Below, in pieces: positions 37,883 to 50,110 of a stretch of DNA of 64,000 bases; position 1 is the first letter of the stretch, and each line of letters begins with the position of its first letter. The notes under the pieces were generated by a model that saw only the letters and a list, made by a program, of their open reading frames with translations, did no database searches and had not been told where the DNA came from. The stretch lies in contig OZ316898.1 in assembly GCA_973895155.1 (NCBI GenBank), positions 17,226,752 through 17,290,751 on the forward strand, written 5' to 3'. Source of the stretch: Marsupella aquatica. Lineage: Eukaryota; Plantae; Marchantiophyta. Position numbers and translations under genes: made by a program.

Positions 37883-39266
37883 AATTCAGCTCCTGGTTCC
37901 TGCTACTTTGGACAAGAAGTTTTGCTTGCCTACTGGAAACGACAGGCGACGTGCAACGCAGCTGCCCCCCGGATTCCTGGTGAGTTGCCACTTTGTAAAA
38001 ATATTTGTTTGGCCGAAAGGTATGGATGGATACAATGTAATTTTACCTTTTCGCCTCATAATTTAGCGAATGACCCCCCTGAGTTTAGTGTCGACGATAT
38101 GCTCAGCAACATGCCGGGGGAGAAGTGGACAATTTCTTTGAAATTGAGTAAGAGATTGTTGATAGATATTGTAGCCCTCACATCGAAGTGAAAGTGGCTG
38201 CTCTCAAGATGATTTTTCCTGGATGTTCTGGAGAGAATCTTGTAGATTGTAAACTAATTAAATAGTGACCAGTTCAATCCAGTCTTATAAAAGGAGTTGG
38301 TTTTTTACAGTTATCTTCAAGTGATCATGTTTGGTGTTTTTGAGTATGGTTAAATACCATTGAAATTCCTTCCCAGTGAGGAGTGTGTTGTGGAAAATCA
38401 CCTCATGAGAGGATACTTTAGTTCATATTAAAGATTTGGAGTCTGATATCGCACAATTGCGGTGAATCCACTGTGGCTCTCTTTAGAAAAGTGTAAGAAC
38501 ATATTTCGTTTGTGGGAATGGAGAATTTCACATTTAAACTCTGCTGATGCTCATCCTGTTACGTTCGATATTGGAGCCTGGAGTAGGCAAAGCTTCGCAT
38601 TGGAATACGGCTTGTAGTGAAGTTCATAATATTAGGTTAAAATCTTGTCCAATTATGCACTACAATTAAAGACACGAGTACTGTTGTACATGTGGTGTTC
38701 AGTTGAAGGCCAAGCCGACGATACAAATGCATATCACAACAAGAATATGAAAATGAATGAAAGCGAAGTCGGTACGATATAACATTTCCATGCATTTCTG
38801 AACAATCCCACGAACGGAGTACTCCCAAATTGGTAAGGAGCGTACACTTAAAAACTTGGGTAGAGAACTTTCGTGCTTCAGGGACAATTTCTCACCAAGC
38901 GTCATGTTCTCTTCCTGATTGGAAATTTAAAGTTTCAATAGAAATGCCGAGACCAAAACGATCATTGAATAAGGACGTTTCTCTGACCTTGGAGATGCAC
39001 AGCAGTGATCTAAGGATACACGCTCGCTCTATCAACTGAGCCAAGGTTTTATAGTTTGTAAACGTCCTCGCCAAAGCCGAAGTTTTTCAGCCAAATGGAG
39101 AGGCATCTGTACGAACTAGCAAAACCGGGAATAAACTAGCACAGTGAATAAGATATCTGTTCTTGCAGACTCGTTCAGAAGTGAGTCAGCTGAGAAGATT
39201 CACTGTTTACAAAACTTGAAAAAATAAATTGGCTTAAAATAATGCTGTCTCAAAAAACTTGGCACT

Positions 39267-39440
39267 GAACCATGTCCAGTGCGTGGTAGTAGATTTACAG
39301 CATACATATCTAAGTGAAGGATTCCTGCCCCTACCAGCGAACCATATCCAGTGCGTGGTAATGGATTTACAGTACAGATATCGAAGTGAAGGATTCCTGC
39401 CTCACCAGAGGACAAATTTCGGTGCGTAGTAACAGATTAC
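39267..39440. repeat. Tandem repeat, ~72-bp unit x2 plus a partial third copy
   Basis: GAACCAT.TCCAGTGCGTGGTA..GATTTACAG…AAGTGAAGGATTCCTGCC at ~39267 and ~39339, with a partial GTGCGTAGTAACAGATTAC at ~39422. Confidence 0.85.
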
Positions 39441-39777
39441 GGTGTAGAGAGGTATGCTTACGTATCACTACTGACTGATAAAGTGCGGCAACTATTCACC
39501 AAAGTCTGCACTGCCTTGAACAATACCCGTAGCATCGTTCTCTTCACCTCTTTCTTCCTCTGATACGGCTCGTCTCCAGGAACCTGTCGGAACCTTGGCG
39601 TAGCATTATCCACACAATTTCTCTGTTTTCTTTTCCTCTTCCTTGTCAGATTACAAGCTTAACTGCAAAATCCGACTGCAAGATTGGAGCGCATGCACGG
39701 CAATGAGTTGAAGAGAAACCATTATCCTCAGCGATCTCGCTAGCAACGATCCTTCATGTCACATCGGAACTCACTTT

Positions 39778-41116
39778 CTATTTCAATCGGACAGCCGTGG
39801 GACGAATTATAACGCAGTCCAGAAACATGCCACCTTTCGCAGATCTACAGTCAGTTTCCGTCATGGAGAACGTAACCTCAACCGGGGAGTCGCTTCTTTC
39901 TACCGTGAATTCGCCCACATCAAGTTCTGCCCACTTGTGATCATGGGCCCATGTCCAAGGTCTTTGTAGCTGTTTCTTACCGGAGAGTCTCACATTGCTC
40001 AGTAAAACCTCCATAGTAGCAGGTACATGATCCGAACCTTCCAAAGAAAATTTCACTTTCTTATGATCGAATGTGTGGAAGTTTCCAAATAATCTCCACG
40101 ACAAAGTATATGTGCCCGAAGGCAGTGAGCACTTCAAATTCCCCCGTGTTTCAAGCCACCAGACTCCTATCAAGTATGCCACATCAGCAAACCTGCAGCC
40201 TCGAGCGAAAGATATCATCAGAACGCGACCAATTCAAAGTTTTTCCGCCAATCAAACTTTCTCTGACCTACGCTCACATCTCTAGCTTTGGCTTTCATCG
40301 GAAGAACTTCTACAGTTGCACAACTTACCCGAGCATAGGGCTGAGGCCTTCAAACCAAGTGCTACATCAAATCAAATCATTGACCAAATTGACACAGCCA
40401 GTAGCGTCCTAATCCTAAACTCGTCATTCCTGAGAGAAAGAAAGTTTGGCGTATCGTTTCTACACAGCAACCACGATCAATCACCTGTCAACAGGAGCAT
40501 CTATCTTCCCGAGAGGAACACTGATCGGATCTAGACGATGGAATTGCATATAAGGCAGGGGACCAACCTGGAGCCCTCGCGTTTGGTCCACTTCCAGTAG
40601 CGTGGATCGTCACCCCAAACTATGGACAGCCCTCGGGCCCCAATGCTTCGACATACTCCTCCAGTCGCTCGATCGAGCCACAACTCCTGGGAATTTTATT
40701 ATGCAAGGTCAGAAAGACCAAAGAAATTGTAATCGAGCGCAGTTTCATATAGTAGGCTGCTCTTCGTAGAAACGCGTAATGGGTTTTCGGAAGGAGAGAA
40801 ACAAGTTGAGATCGATGTAGCAAACCTGGGTGCCGTTTTCAAGAAGAACTGGAGTAGTACTCAGATAGTCGTAAATCTCTTTCTTCGAACACGAGCTTGC
40901 AGGAGCATCGGGTGCCTGTGCAAGAATTTGTTCGTAGCAAGGCGGAAGCATCATTTGCCACACCGAATCCGAGAACGATGCATTCCGAAAGCCGCGACTG
41001 ACACAAGCCAGTCGTGCCACATCCCTCGGCGTTGTGAAGCGCAGAATGGACGCTACGCAAGACTCTGGAAGATCTCCCATCCCGGGAGAGTAGTCGTCTT
41101 CTCCATGAACCTCCAT
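39778..41116 (-). CDS. F-box / PP2 (Nictaba-type lectin) protein, copy A, ~274 aa, 3 exons
   Basis: Exons 41116-40826, 40686-40568, 40192-39778, in frame. F-box GMGDLPESCVASILRFTTPRDVARLACVSRGFRNASFSDSVW; SKKEIYDYL; PP2 domain WLDRATGGVCRSIGARGLSIVWGDDPRYWKW, VWWLE, WAELDVGEF, KGGMFLDCVIIRP. Confidence 0.92.
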
Positions 41117-42149
41117 ACCTGCCGTCCGAAACCAATTAAGCAAGAACATTCTGCCCCTCTGCTTGTTTGTACAATTGAGATTGATATGGTAGCCGTGGAA
41201 TCGATCTAGTGGCTTGGCTTCAGTCTAAGAGTGTGCAATAAGGTTAGTACAGTCCATACGTGTCGATTAGTGGCATAGATACGTGAAGAGTAAAATCTAA
41301 CTGGTCTTGAAGACGTCCAGAGCTCTTCTAAGATCACCCAGACCAGCCTAAACTGTACTACGATGTACCGAGTTGCAACTCAGCTTCAGAGGGAGGCTTC
41401 AAAACACTACAAAGTCTACCTAATCGCTCTTCTTTCTCGAGAGAGTAGCAGCCAGCGTCCACAATGAAACCCCGTAGTAGCTATCAAATCTTGCACCGGC
41501 CAGCTGCTGTTAGGATCTCGTTGGGTGCCTTCAAGTATGGAATCAATGCTTGCTGTCAAACTTGGAAGAGAGTCAGAGCGAATCGATCCTCGGTGGTTAG
41601 TTTTGTATCCAAACAGCAAGTCCACAGTACCTAGCAGGTCGCTATGACCACCAGGCACGAGTCAGGGCTGATCTCCTCTTCGTTCTGAAAACTCCGTTGT
41701 AATTCAAGCGCCAGATGCGAAGAGTATGGTGCTCGATGAGCCTAGAGAAGCATCGAGAACGGCAATTCAAGTCTGGCTTCTTCAAACTACATCACAAGCT
41801 CGGGACATCGTGGGAAGCTCCATTTCGTCCTCGGAACTGCTTGGAATTCACGTCTCAGTAGTAGAATAACGATGACCCCGAGCGACAAGAGATCGGTGAC
41901 AGCAAGCCTTAGAATAACAGCAACGGAACATGATTGCGCACGCAATGCAGCGAAATGTCGTGTTGACAACTTAATTAACGTCTCACTTGTGGTCCCTGGG
42001 TGACTTTGGGTGCCTTTGGTCAAAGTTTTCCATTTACCTTAGTTTGGTGACGCTTGTCAAACAGAGATTTGTCTATAGTACCTTACAGATAAGGCTAATT
42101 TTGGAAGGACCCCATGGAAAGAGAAACGTGACTATTTGTGTTTGGGGCA

Positions 42150-43590
42150 AGGTAGACCATAACATTAAAAACAATTAACTTCTATAATAAACAGTTACGT
42201 CTTTTTTGTAGGTGGTTGTCATTTGAATTTGAAGGCACAAAAATTAAAGAATCCTACCAAGAGAAGAAATAAACCAAAATTATATTATATTCGGTGTGAA
42301 GTAAAAAGTGACACATTTTCCAATCAATAAATAAAGGGGAATGACATTGCACAAGTACTTTATGGACCATCTATGTATAGTACTTTATGTATCATTGACG
42401 TATAGTACTATATCCCATGATAATCTAGGTCATAAGATTAATTACAAATATTACATACTGTAATAAAAATATCAAAACCAAAAAAAGTACAAAAAAGGGG
42501 GGGGGGATCGGGTGTGGGATTAAAAAAAATGAAAAATACAAAGATAAAAATAATTTTTAGCTATATACTTTGTGGTTGTTGTCACTCATTTTATGTCCCA
42601 TGACATCTTTTACTAGATAACAATTTTTGGGTAATTATATTTTTTATTACTTAGACATGTTTTGGGCAATGATATTTTTTACTTAATGACATCTTTTGAG
42701 CAAGAAATTTATTGGCATTTTTTGCACATCTTTTCCTTAACGATATTTAATGCAACGTCATGTTTTACTTCACAACATCTATGACTGATGACATTTTTTT
42801 ACTTGACGACAGCTTTGGAGTCACAAGATTTTTTTACTTGACGACATCTTTTACTTGATGACATATGTTTTACTTCACAACAACTTTGGCAGCACTATTT
42901 CTTTTCACTTGATGATATCTTTGACATAACAACATCTTTGGTGCCCCGACATCTTTTTACTTGGCAATATCTTTCACATAGTGATATCTTTTTACTTGAC
43001 AATATCTTTTTACTCTATGACATCTTTGGAGACATGACTCCTTTTTTTCTGAACAACATCTTTTTACGGCTTTTTTTTAACGCCATCTTTTTACTTTGCG
43101 TCATCTTTGGCGACACAAAATCTTTTTACTTCACGACATCTTTGGCAACTCGATTTTTTTTTTAACGACATTTTTTGTGCAACGCGCGGGTTTTCTTCAC
43201 AACATCTTGGGCAACACGACATTTTTTCTTAAGAACACCTTCGGCGACACAATATTTTTTTCTCAATGATGTCTTGGGCAACACGATATCTTTTTTTCAA
43301 CGACATATTAATTGGCTGACACAATATATTTTTCCTCAAGGACATCTTGGCCGACACGACATCCTTTTCTCAACGACTTCCTAGCAGACATGGCATCTTT
43401 TTCTCAGCGACATCTTGGCCGACACAACATCTTTTTTCTTAACGACCTCTTGGCCGACACAACATCTTTTTTCTCAACGACCTCTTGGCCGACACAACAT
43501 CTTTTTTCTCAACCAAATCTTGGCCGACACGGCATCTTTTGTGCAACGCACGGGTATTGAGATAGTGAAACTATATATCATAGTGCCCAA
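42150..43590. mobile_element. ~1.4-kb insertion carrying a degenerate ~33-bp tandem array
   Basis: The flanks (42048-42148 and 43600-43760) are contiguous in the paralogous segment at 50146-50510. The unit TTTTCTCAACGACATCTTGGCCGACACAACATCT is repeated from ~42590 to ~43540. Confidence 0.7.
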
Positions 43591-44279
43591 GGGAAAAAAA
43601 AAGCCGAACAGGGAGACACTATCCCAATGAAGGGAAGGGAAGAGGGGAAAACTTGATGAATAACAAGTCAAAGTTTTGACTATGTTGAACTACTCTGTAA
43701 TCCCTTAAAACTTGTCTAAAATTTTACTTTTCTTGCTGTAATGAACCCCCTTTAAAGTTTTATAGTTGATGGTGCTTTGCACCTTGAAGGTTAGACACTG
43801 CGGTCAACGTGATCCCAGATATCACCAGACTCAATTGCAGAGCTACACAGACGTCACAGATTCTTGAAATTGGCTGAACCTTCGAGTTGAGGGGATTATT
43901 TAAATGTTGAAGTAAGATGAAGAACCGAGTGAAGAACCCATCATGGAGCAATATGTTTTAGAAGAAATTGACAGAGAACAGCGAGAGAAAAATCCGTCTT
44001 AGAATTGCTCACAACATCAAAAAATGGCCCACACCCAATGACTCGTACAACTGAGTGACACAAGATGAATGCAAATCCCTGCCTGAACGTGAAGCTAGGG
44101 GGAACCATGTTATATAGTAACCCAAAAGGGGAGGCAGTGATGAATTAAACAAGCTCCCAATTGGCAAAGCATGAAGCCAGTAGTGGAGAACAGATCACTG
44201 TGTACGCATATCAAAGTGTAAGACTACTAGAAACAGAAAGATACAACTTAGAAACAGAGTCCATCCCGCCTATCTAAAC

Positions 44280-45422
44280 TGTAGTAAAGCCGAAAGAATC
44301 CAAAGTGACACTTTTCACGTAAAGACCAAGGTTTCTATCCCTTTAAGAACAAAATAAGAATGGATTGAATGATTGTAACTGTTTTGAAGACTTAAGAGTA
44401 TCACTCAACCAAATCTTCAGACAAAAGAGAAACAAATGGATGAACTAACAAAATGAACAGAAAAGATTAATTCCCAAGTCATGGATTATGGAAAGCTTTT
44501 AGAACCAAAGTCCAATGGATTGAATCTCCACTGCCACTCCTTCAAAAAGGATTCTGGTCTTATCATGTTAACAAGATTGCAACAAATCTTGCCTCAATTG
44601 CTCTTCTCCATCACCATGAAAATATAAACAGAAAGGATAAATGCTCACCAACACCAAAGTAGTTTTCTGGTGACCGATACAATGATACTCACTAAAATGC
44701 CATCAACATGGATAGAACTTCGGCGATATGCAACTCCAATCCATCACTAGTGGGTATGCCAAAGTAAGGATAACAGTACTAACTATTCTGAAATCAGAAT
44801 CTTGCTCCTTTCTATCCACATTTATCATTGAATTCCTAGCGATTCTTGACCCACAAGCAATCCTAATTTGAATTCATCTGATCTTGGAAATCTGTAATGA
44901 GAACTCAGGCACCAACAGGAATCTTCTGAAATAAATTATTTCATTACATCACAAAGGAAGTGTTTTACTTCATTCATAAATCATTCTCGAAAGCAATGAT
45001 TACAAAGGAAGGGGGGAAACTTGCAAAAGTTTGCAATACTGAATACAAGCTTCACTGAAAAACAAAAAGGAAAACAAGAATCTTATAGGTCTAAGTGGCC
45101 TGGAGAAAAAAAAGGGGAAATTTATGAAAAGTCATGCCTTTTCAAAACCTAGGAAAAAGTAATAAAAGTTGAGTACTAAGCTAAGGTAGAAAAAGATCAC
45201 TAAATAACTAGGGTAAACGCCAAACAAAGATCTGTCTTTGAAATACCACCGAGTATCGTCCTTCATAAGTTTGGTCTCCATGGGACGCCTCCCAGAAGCA
45301 ACCTTCATAAGTATTGTCAGCAAGGTAAAGTTGGGCATTTTGGTACCAAAATGCAATTAATTCGTGAACTTTGCATCTTGTTTCCATCTTCCACTGATTA
45401 TTCAAAAAACTCAGGTGTCACA
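44280..45422. mobile_element. Solo LTR (1143 bp)
   Basis: TGT…ACA ends, flanked by a 5-bp direct repeat TAAAC (44275-44279 and 45423-45427). It is absent from the paralogous segment at ~54550-54575. Confidence 0.75.
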
Positions 45423-45610
45423 TAAACCAAATCTAAACCAAAACCGGGAGGAAGTGCCTCTTGACAGATTGTTTATGCTAGATCAAAAAGCAGACCTAAG
45501 AAATTGTAATCAAGCATAGTATCACATAGTAGGTTACTCTCAATAGTAAATGTGTAATAGATTTTATTTGATTCACGCATTTCTAGAAGCATCTGATATG
45601 TAGCAAATAT

Positions 45611-48465
45611 TGTTGGTAACTCTAATCTATTGCTACAGTCATAGGACTGATAGCAGGACTCACTATAAGTAGGAATCAGGGAAAAGGAAATCAACGGAGG
45701 TAAGGCAATAACCTAGGATTGACAATAGAGAGGAGAGCAGCAGGAAGTAAGAATGGAGTTGCAGGTTTAGCTAAGTGAAAGGCCTAATCTCCTAAAGTGA
45801 GTTATGAGCAAGTGTTTTACAACACCCCCTCTTGAGTAAGTTTGAGGAGAGAAAGGAGGTGATGTCTGCAAAAACGGAGGAGAAGAGAGGAAAAGAAGGA
45901 AGGGACCAAGTAAGAATGTCATTCCGTCATGTGCTAGTGGTGAGTATATGTGGTGGTTTGGAAGTGGTGGCGCGATTGCTGCATTTGATGTCGGAGGGAT
46001 GTAGGGGAGTCGCTCGATGGATTCATTTTCTCCTGTCAAGGAGCCTTGCGAGGAGTGGATCAGTATGCCAAAGACAGAGGAGGAGCTTGGAAGGATCCTT
46101 ATATGCGGATTGGTGAGCATGCAGCAGGAGAGCCACATGTTCATGTCGTTGAAGAGTGGAAATGCACGTGCCAAGTACCTCTGAAGTGCAGGTCTTCCAA
46201 GAAGTTCTAGCAGATAGAATGCCAATAATGTATAGACGAGTGTATAGACGTTGTTATTATGCAGTGGCAGTTAGGCGTAGGCCAAGAATCTACCTGAATT
46301 GGGCGGAAGTAAGCAAGGAGGAATTGTCACCAGAGTTCTTGAATGTACATTGCGGGAGGCAGAGTATTTCTTGTCAAAATACAGAATGTAGAGAGAAGGT
46401 GTTTTTCAGGAGTGTGATGGACCATCTGGTAATTCACGTGATTTAGGCGACAATGCTAGAGGCCGACATTTTTGATGTGAGAGACTTCAGTGAGCAAAAT
46501 AGGGGACTGCTGATCGAAGTAGGCCAGGATGACGTGAATGAGCCGTGAGTGGAGGAACAAACGACATTGGTCACTGACATAATTTGTAGAGGTGATTGTG
46601 AGGATAGTGGGCTCCCTGGGCCCTCACTCCATGTAAAAAAGTGGACCCCCTGTGATTGGGACCTCTTCCTGTTTACCCCTAAGTGTTATTTTCATTTTAC
46701 TATAAAAAGGTCCATTATTACCGATAATAATTATGATTATTAGTTCAAAATAAATAAAAACTACCTTTCAAGTGTTCGCACGTGTCCTCCACATATTAGT
46801 TAAGACTGAGGGCCCAGGGCGCGGGCTCATCTGAGAAAGATGTTAGTCAGGTTATCCTTGTCAAAAACAAAGCTGTAGGACTTTGAAAATTTGAAAAGAA
46901 TGAGATGGCCTGCGTTGGTGAGGGAGCCAATGGAGAGAAGATTCCGGTGAAGACCAGGCATGACTGTACAAAACTTTGTTGATCTCTTTATTGTAATCGA
47001 TGGAAATGGTACCATGTCCAGCTACAGGCAACTGAGCACCGCTAGCAATAGTCACCAATTCTGAGTGAGAGCCGACGTTGATAGTGCGGAAGACCAAATT
47101 GTCTCCTGTAACGTGAGTGCTTGTGCCGGAGTCGAGTATCCACTCGATCACTAGGACTATGGCTAGTAGTGTCAAGCTCAGAGTAGTTTGCTTCAAAATA
47201 CTCACCATGCTCATTGTCGTTGTAGACTTTTGTGGTGTTCTTAGGTCCATTGTAGTAGTCAGGAGGGATCTCAACACTGTTGGCTTGAGGTTGGTATCTG
47301 CATATCCCAGCAGCTTTGAGTCAAAGATCGGCAATTTGAGAATTGAGTTTCTTCAAATCACATTTTGGTTCCCAGTGACTGGTCTTTCCATAGTAGTTGC
47401 AGGTGCCAATTCGCCACCCACGTCCAACTGAGAGAGCAGGATTGGGCCGAGATTGAAGTTGAGGCGTGTGGAGGGTTGCGGAAGTTGTTGCGAGGTGGAT
47501 AAGAATCTGGGCGATGAAAAGGTCAGCCCCGACTGCGAGTGAATGAACACGTAACAGCCATAGCTTCTTTGTGAGACTCAGCCTGAGCCTGTTTGCCCTT
47601 CCTCCAATATTCATCAGATTGCAAACGTTCAAGAAGGTTAGAACGTGACTGAGAGAGTTTGGTTCAGGAGTATGAGAGAGATCAGCACTGAAAATAGAAA
47701 CAAATGTATCCAGCTGAGTGGAAGGCCTTGTAGTACGATATGCATGAGAGGAGTTTCGTCCACTTTGGCATTGATACTGGAAAGCTGTCCGACCAGCTCA
47801 TTGATCTTGTTTATGTAGAGTTCAACAGAGCTCCCCTCGATCATGTGTGTAGTCTGAAGCCAGACATCAGGAACATCTGGCGTTGCAGTAGATCTCCACA
47901 AAAGCGTTGATGGAAATGCTCCCAGCACTTGGCTGGATTGTCGGAGAACTTGTCCACTGTGGATAGAAACTTGGACTTCGCTGTAGATGCAAGGATGGCG
48001 ACCGCTTTGTCCTTCTTCTTCTGTTTCTCCTTGGCGGTCAGATGGGCTCTGCCATCTATGAAGTGGCCTTTGGCGTCAGGCTTGACATTGAAGTTGAGTT
48101 CGTGAAATACATCTTCCTTTCTCAGAAGACTCCTAACCACAAAGGTCCAGGCCATGTGGTTGCTGGTGCCATCTAGCTTGTCGGTGTCCAAGAATATCCT
48201 CAGTAGTTCCATAGTGGAAAGCGATTGATTCACCAATGAGAAGAATGGTAAAACAATACTGAATAGTGATGTGTCAGGGAACCTTTCAACCTGAGCAAAG
48301 CAATGAGTCGATCGAGTCGAATCTAATCAGATTATGAGTGTCAGCAGTTGCTCTAATCAAGCAAGGAATATTCTAAGTAGTGCTCGTGTTAGTCAGGGAA
48401 CTTTCAACCTGAGTACAGGGCGAGTAAGTCTAGAATGCTGCTAGTACTAAGTGTCAGGGAACTTT
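45611..48465 (-). mobile_element. Internally deleted, 5'-truncated Ty1/Copia LTR retrotransposon
   Basis: Gag fragments (KLDGTSNHMAW, IVLQGLPLSW, 48236-47638), a degenerate zinc knuckle CNYYGKTSHWEPKC, protease WILDSGTSTHVTG, NLLSIGSL and a GAG-pre-integrase relic L*HCRLNHVN (~46420-46470). A polypurine tract TCAAGAGGGGG abuts a 214-bp 3' LTR (45611-45824, TGTTG…CAACA). Integrase core, RT, PBS and 5' LTR are not seen. Confidence 0.9.
46611..46822. mobile_element. MITE (~212 bp) nested in the Copia element
   Basis: Left end GCTCCCTGGGCCCTCACT; reverse complement of right end GCGCCCTGGGCCCTCAGT. The interior is AT-rich and Copia coding relics lie on both sides. Confidence 0.65.
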
Positions 48466-49132
48466 CTGTGTTTGTGTGGACGTAACCTTGGAGAAGGGAT
48501 GTTCAACCACATATTGATTGTGTCAACTACGGAAACGCAAAATTCTGCCATTGCATACGAGAGCAAATCAAGCTAGCAAAGATCACCTATAAACATTGCA
48601 TCTCGCTGAATGTTGTTGAAGGGTTGTGTGATTGCAAGTGGTACGCTGTCTCTTGCATGTTGGAGAGAAAAGAGACATCACCTATACACCATTTGCAGGT
48701 GCTCAGGTTTGCATTTTCGCATTGGGTGATCTTCGTGAATGGGCGGGTTCAAATAAAAATAAACATCTCCACTAGTCAATAAAAAGAGCACTCCGCAAAA
48801 AATAGTATGTAAAACAAAGCTCATATGTAATCTCTCAATAACAACATTGCAATTAAATGTTGTCCTTGCCAAGTATAGACAAAGATGTAGGACTTATATC
48901 ACCAAATCCCCAGCTTTCACTAGATAATAAATAGATTTGTGGTTATCCAAGTGCAGGATTTTAAAGTACCGCCTCTCTGACTACCAAACTAGGGTAATTG
49001 ATCACTGAGGTCTCTACTGTTTTGACAACAATGCACGTGGGCTTGCATTTCTACCACTTTGTTCCTCTAAATAATTTGACCATCTCTAGTAGACACGTAG
49101 GGCCCGGCCCCTGCCCACCCAGCCTATCATAA

Positions 49133-50110
49133 CTCACTCAATTTCTGTTTTGCTCGGACAACCGTGGGACGAATTAAAACACTGTCCAGAAACAATCCTG
49201 CCAGTCTTCCAGAAACCACCTCAACTTGCATCATCAAAAACTTAAACCACACCTGCCACTATAAAAGCCTCATTCCATGTCTCATTACTCACCATAAAAG
49301 GTGGAACACTAGCACCTTTTGTGGAATACTTGCCAAAATAAGGTTTTCCAGTCAACACCTTTTGTGGAGCTCAAAGTCCATTCTTGAATCTATACTCTTT
49401 ACAATGAGAGCTACGGGTTACCCGTAGCCCTTTATAGTGGCAGGTGTGGTTTAATGGCAACCGGTGAGTCCTCTCTTTCTACTGTGAATTCGCCTACATC
49501 AAGTTCTACCCACTTGTTGTTACGGCCCCATATCCAGAGTAATTGTAGCCTGTCCCTCACCGGACATTCTCCCATTGCTGATTAAGACCTTCTGAAAATT
49601 GACAGGTACATGACCAGGTCCCTCTAGATGGAATTTCACAGGCTTGTTACTGAATCCTTGGAAGTCATTCATTCCAAGGGAAAAAGATAGTCTCCATGAC
49701 AAAGTATATGTTCCTGGAGGAAGAGAGCACTGCAAATTCCCCTGTACTTCAAGCCAACAAACTTTTATCAAATGTGCCACCTCAGCAAACTTGCAGCCTT
49801 GAGAGCACAGAAATATATGATCAGAGAACTGTTGATTGCAAAGTTTTGTCTCCAAGATCTCTATTAGGCTCTCGTCTCGATCTACACTGGGCCCTTATCT
49901 GTCCCCATTCCCTCCGAAGCAGGAACTTCTATACTTGTAAAATTTGGAGAGCATTGGGCTGAAAGTGCAATTCGAGGCTTTCTTCCTACATCAAATCGTA
50001 TCGTATTCAATCATTCACGAGAAACAATAACGGTTTTGTATCACAGCTAGTTCCAGATAAATGGAAATCTTCCTGATAGTAGACAAAAGCCAGGGACTTC
50101 AATTCGTTTC
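49133..50110 (-). pseudogene. F-box/PP2 pseudogene (copy C): last exon and part of intron 2, duplicated from copy B
   Basis: 48466-50110 aligns with 58184-59587. The splice acceptor is changed (CTGCAG|G to CTGCAAG), there is a +1 frameshift at ~49551 and a MITE insertion at 49246-49450, and exons 1-2 are missing. Confidence 0.9.
49246..49450. mobile_element. MITE (205 bp) with perfect 20-bp TIRs inserted at a TTAA site
   Basis: TIR ACCACACCTGCCACTATAAA at both ends, with TTAA on both sides (49242-49245 and 49451-49454). The empty site AAAACTTAATGGC is present in copy B (~58934-58946). Confidence 0.93.

Noticed and set aside
42590-43545. CRISPR-like array
   Set aside because: The units are contiguous degenerate repeats without unique spacers, there are no cas genes, and the context is eukaryotic.
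45767-46446. ORFs of 94-152 aa next to the LTR
   Set aside because: They are out-of-frame or antisense readings of decayed Copia sequence, not independent genes.
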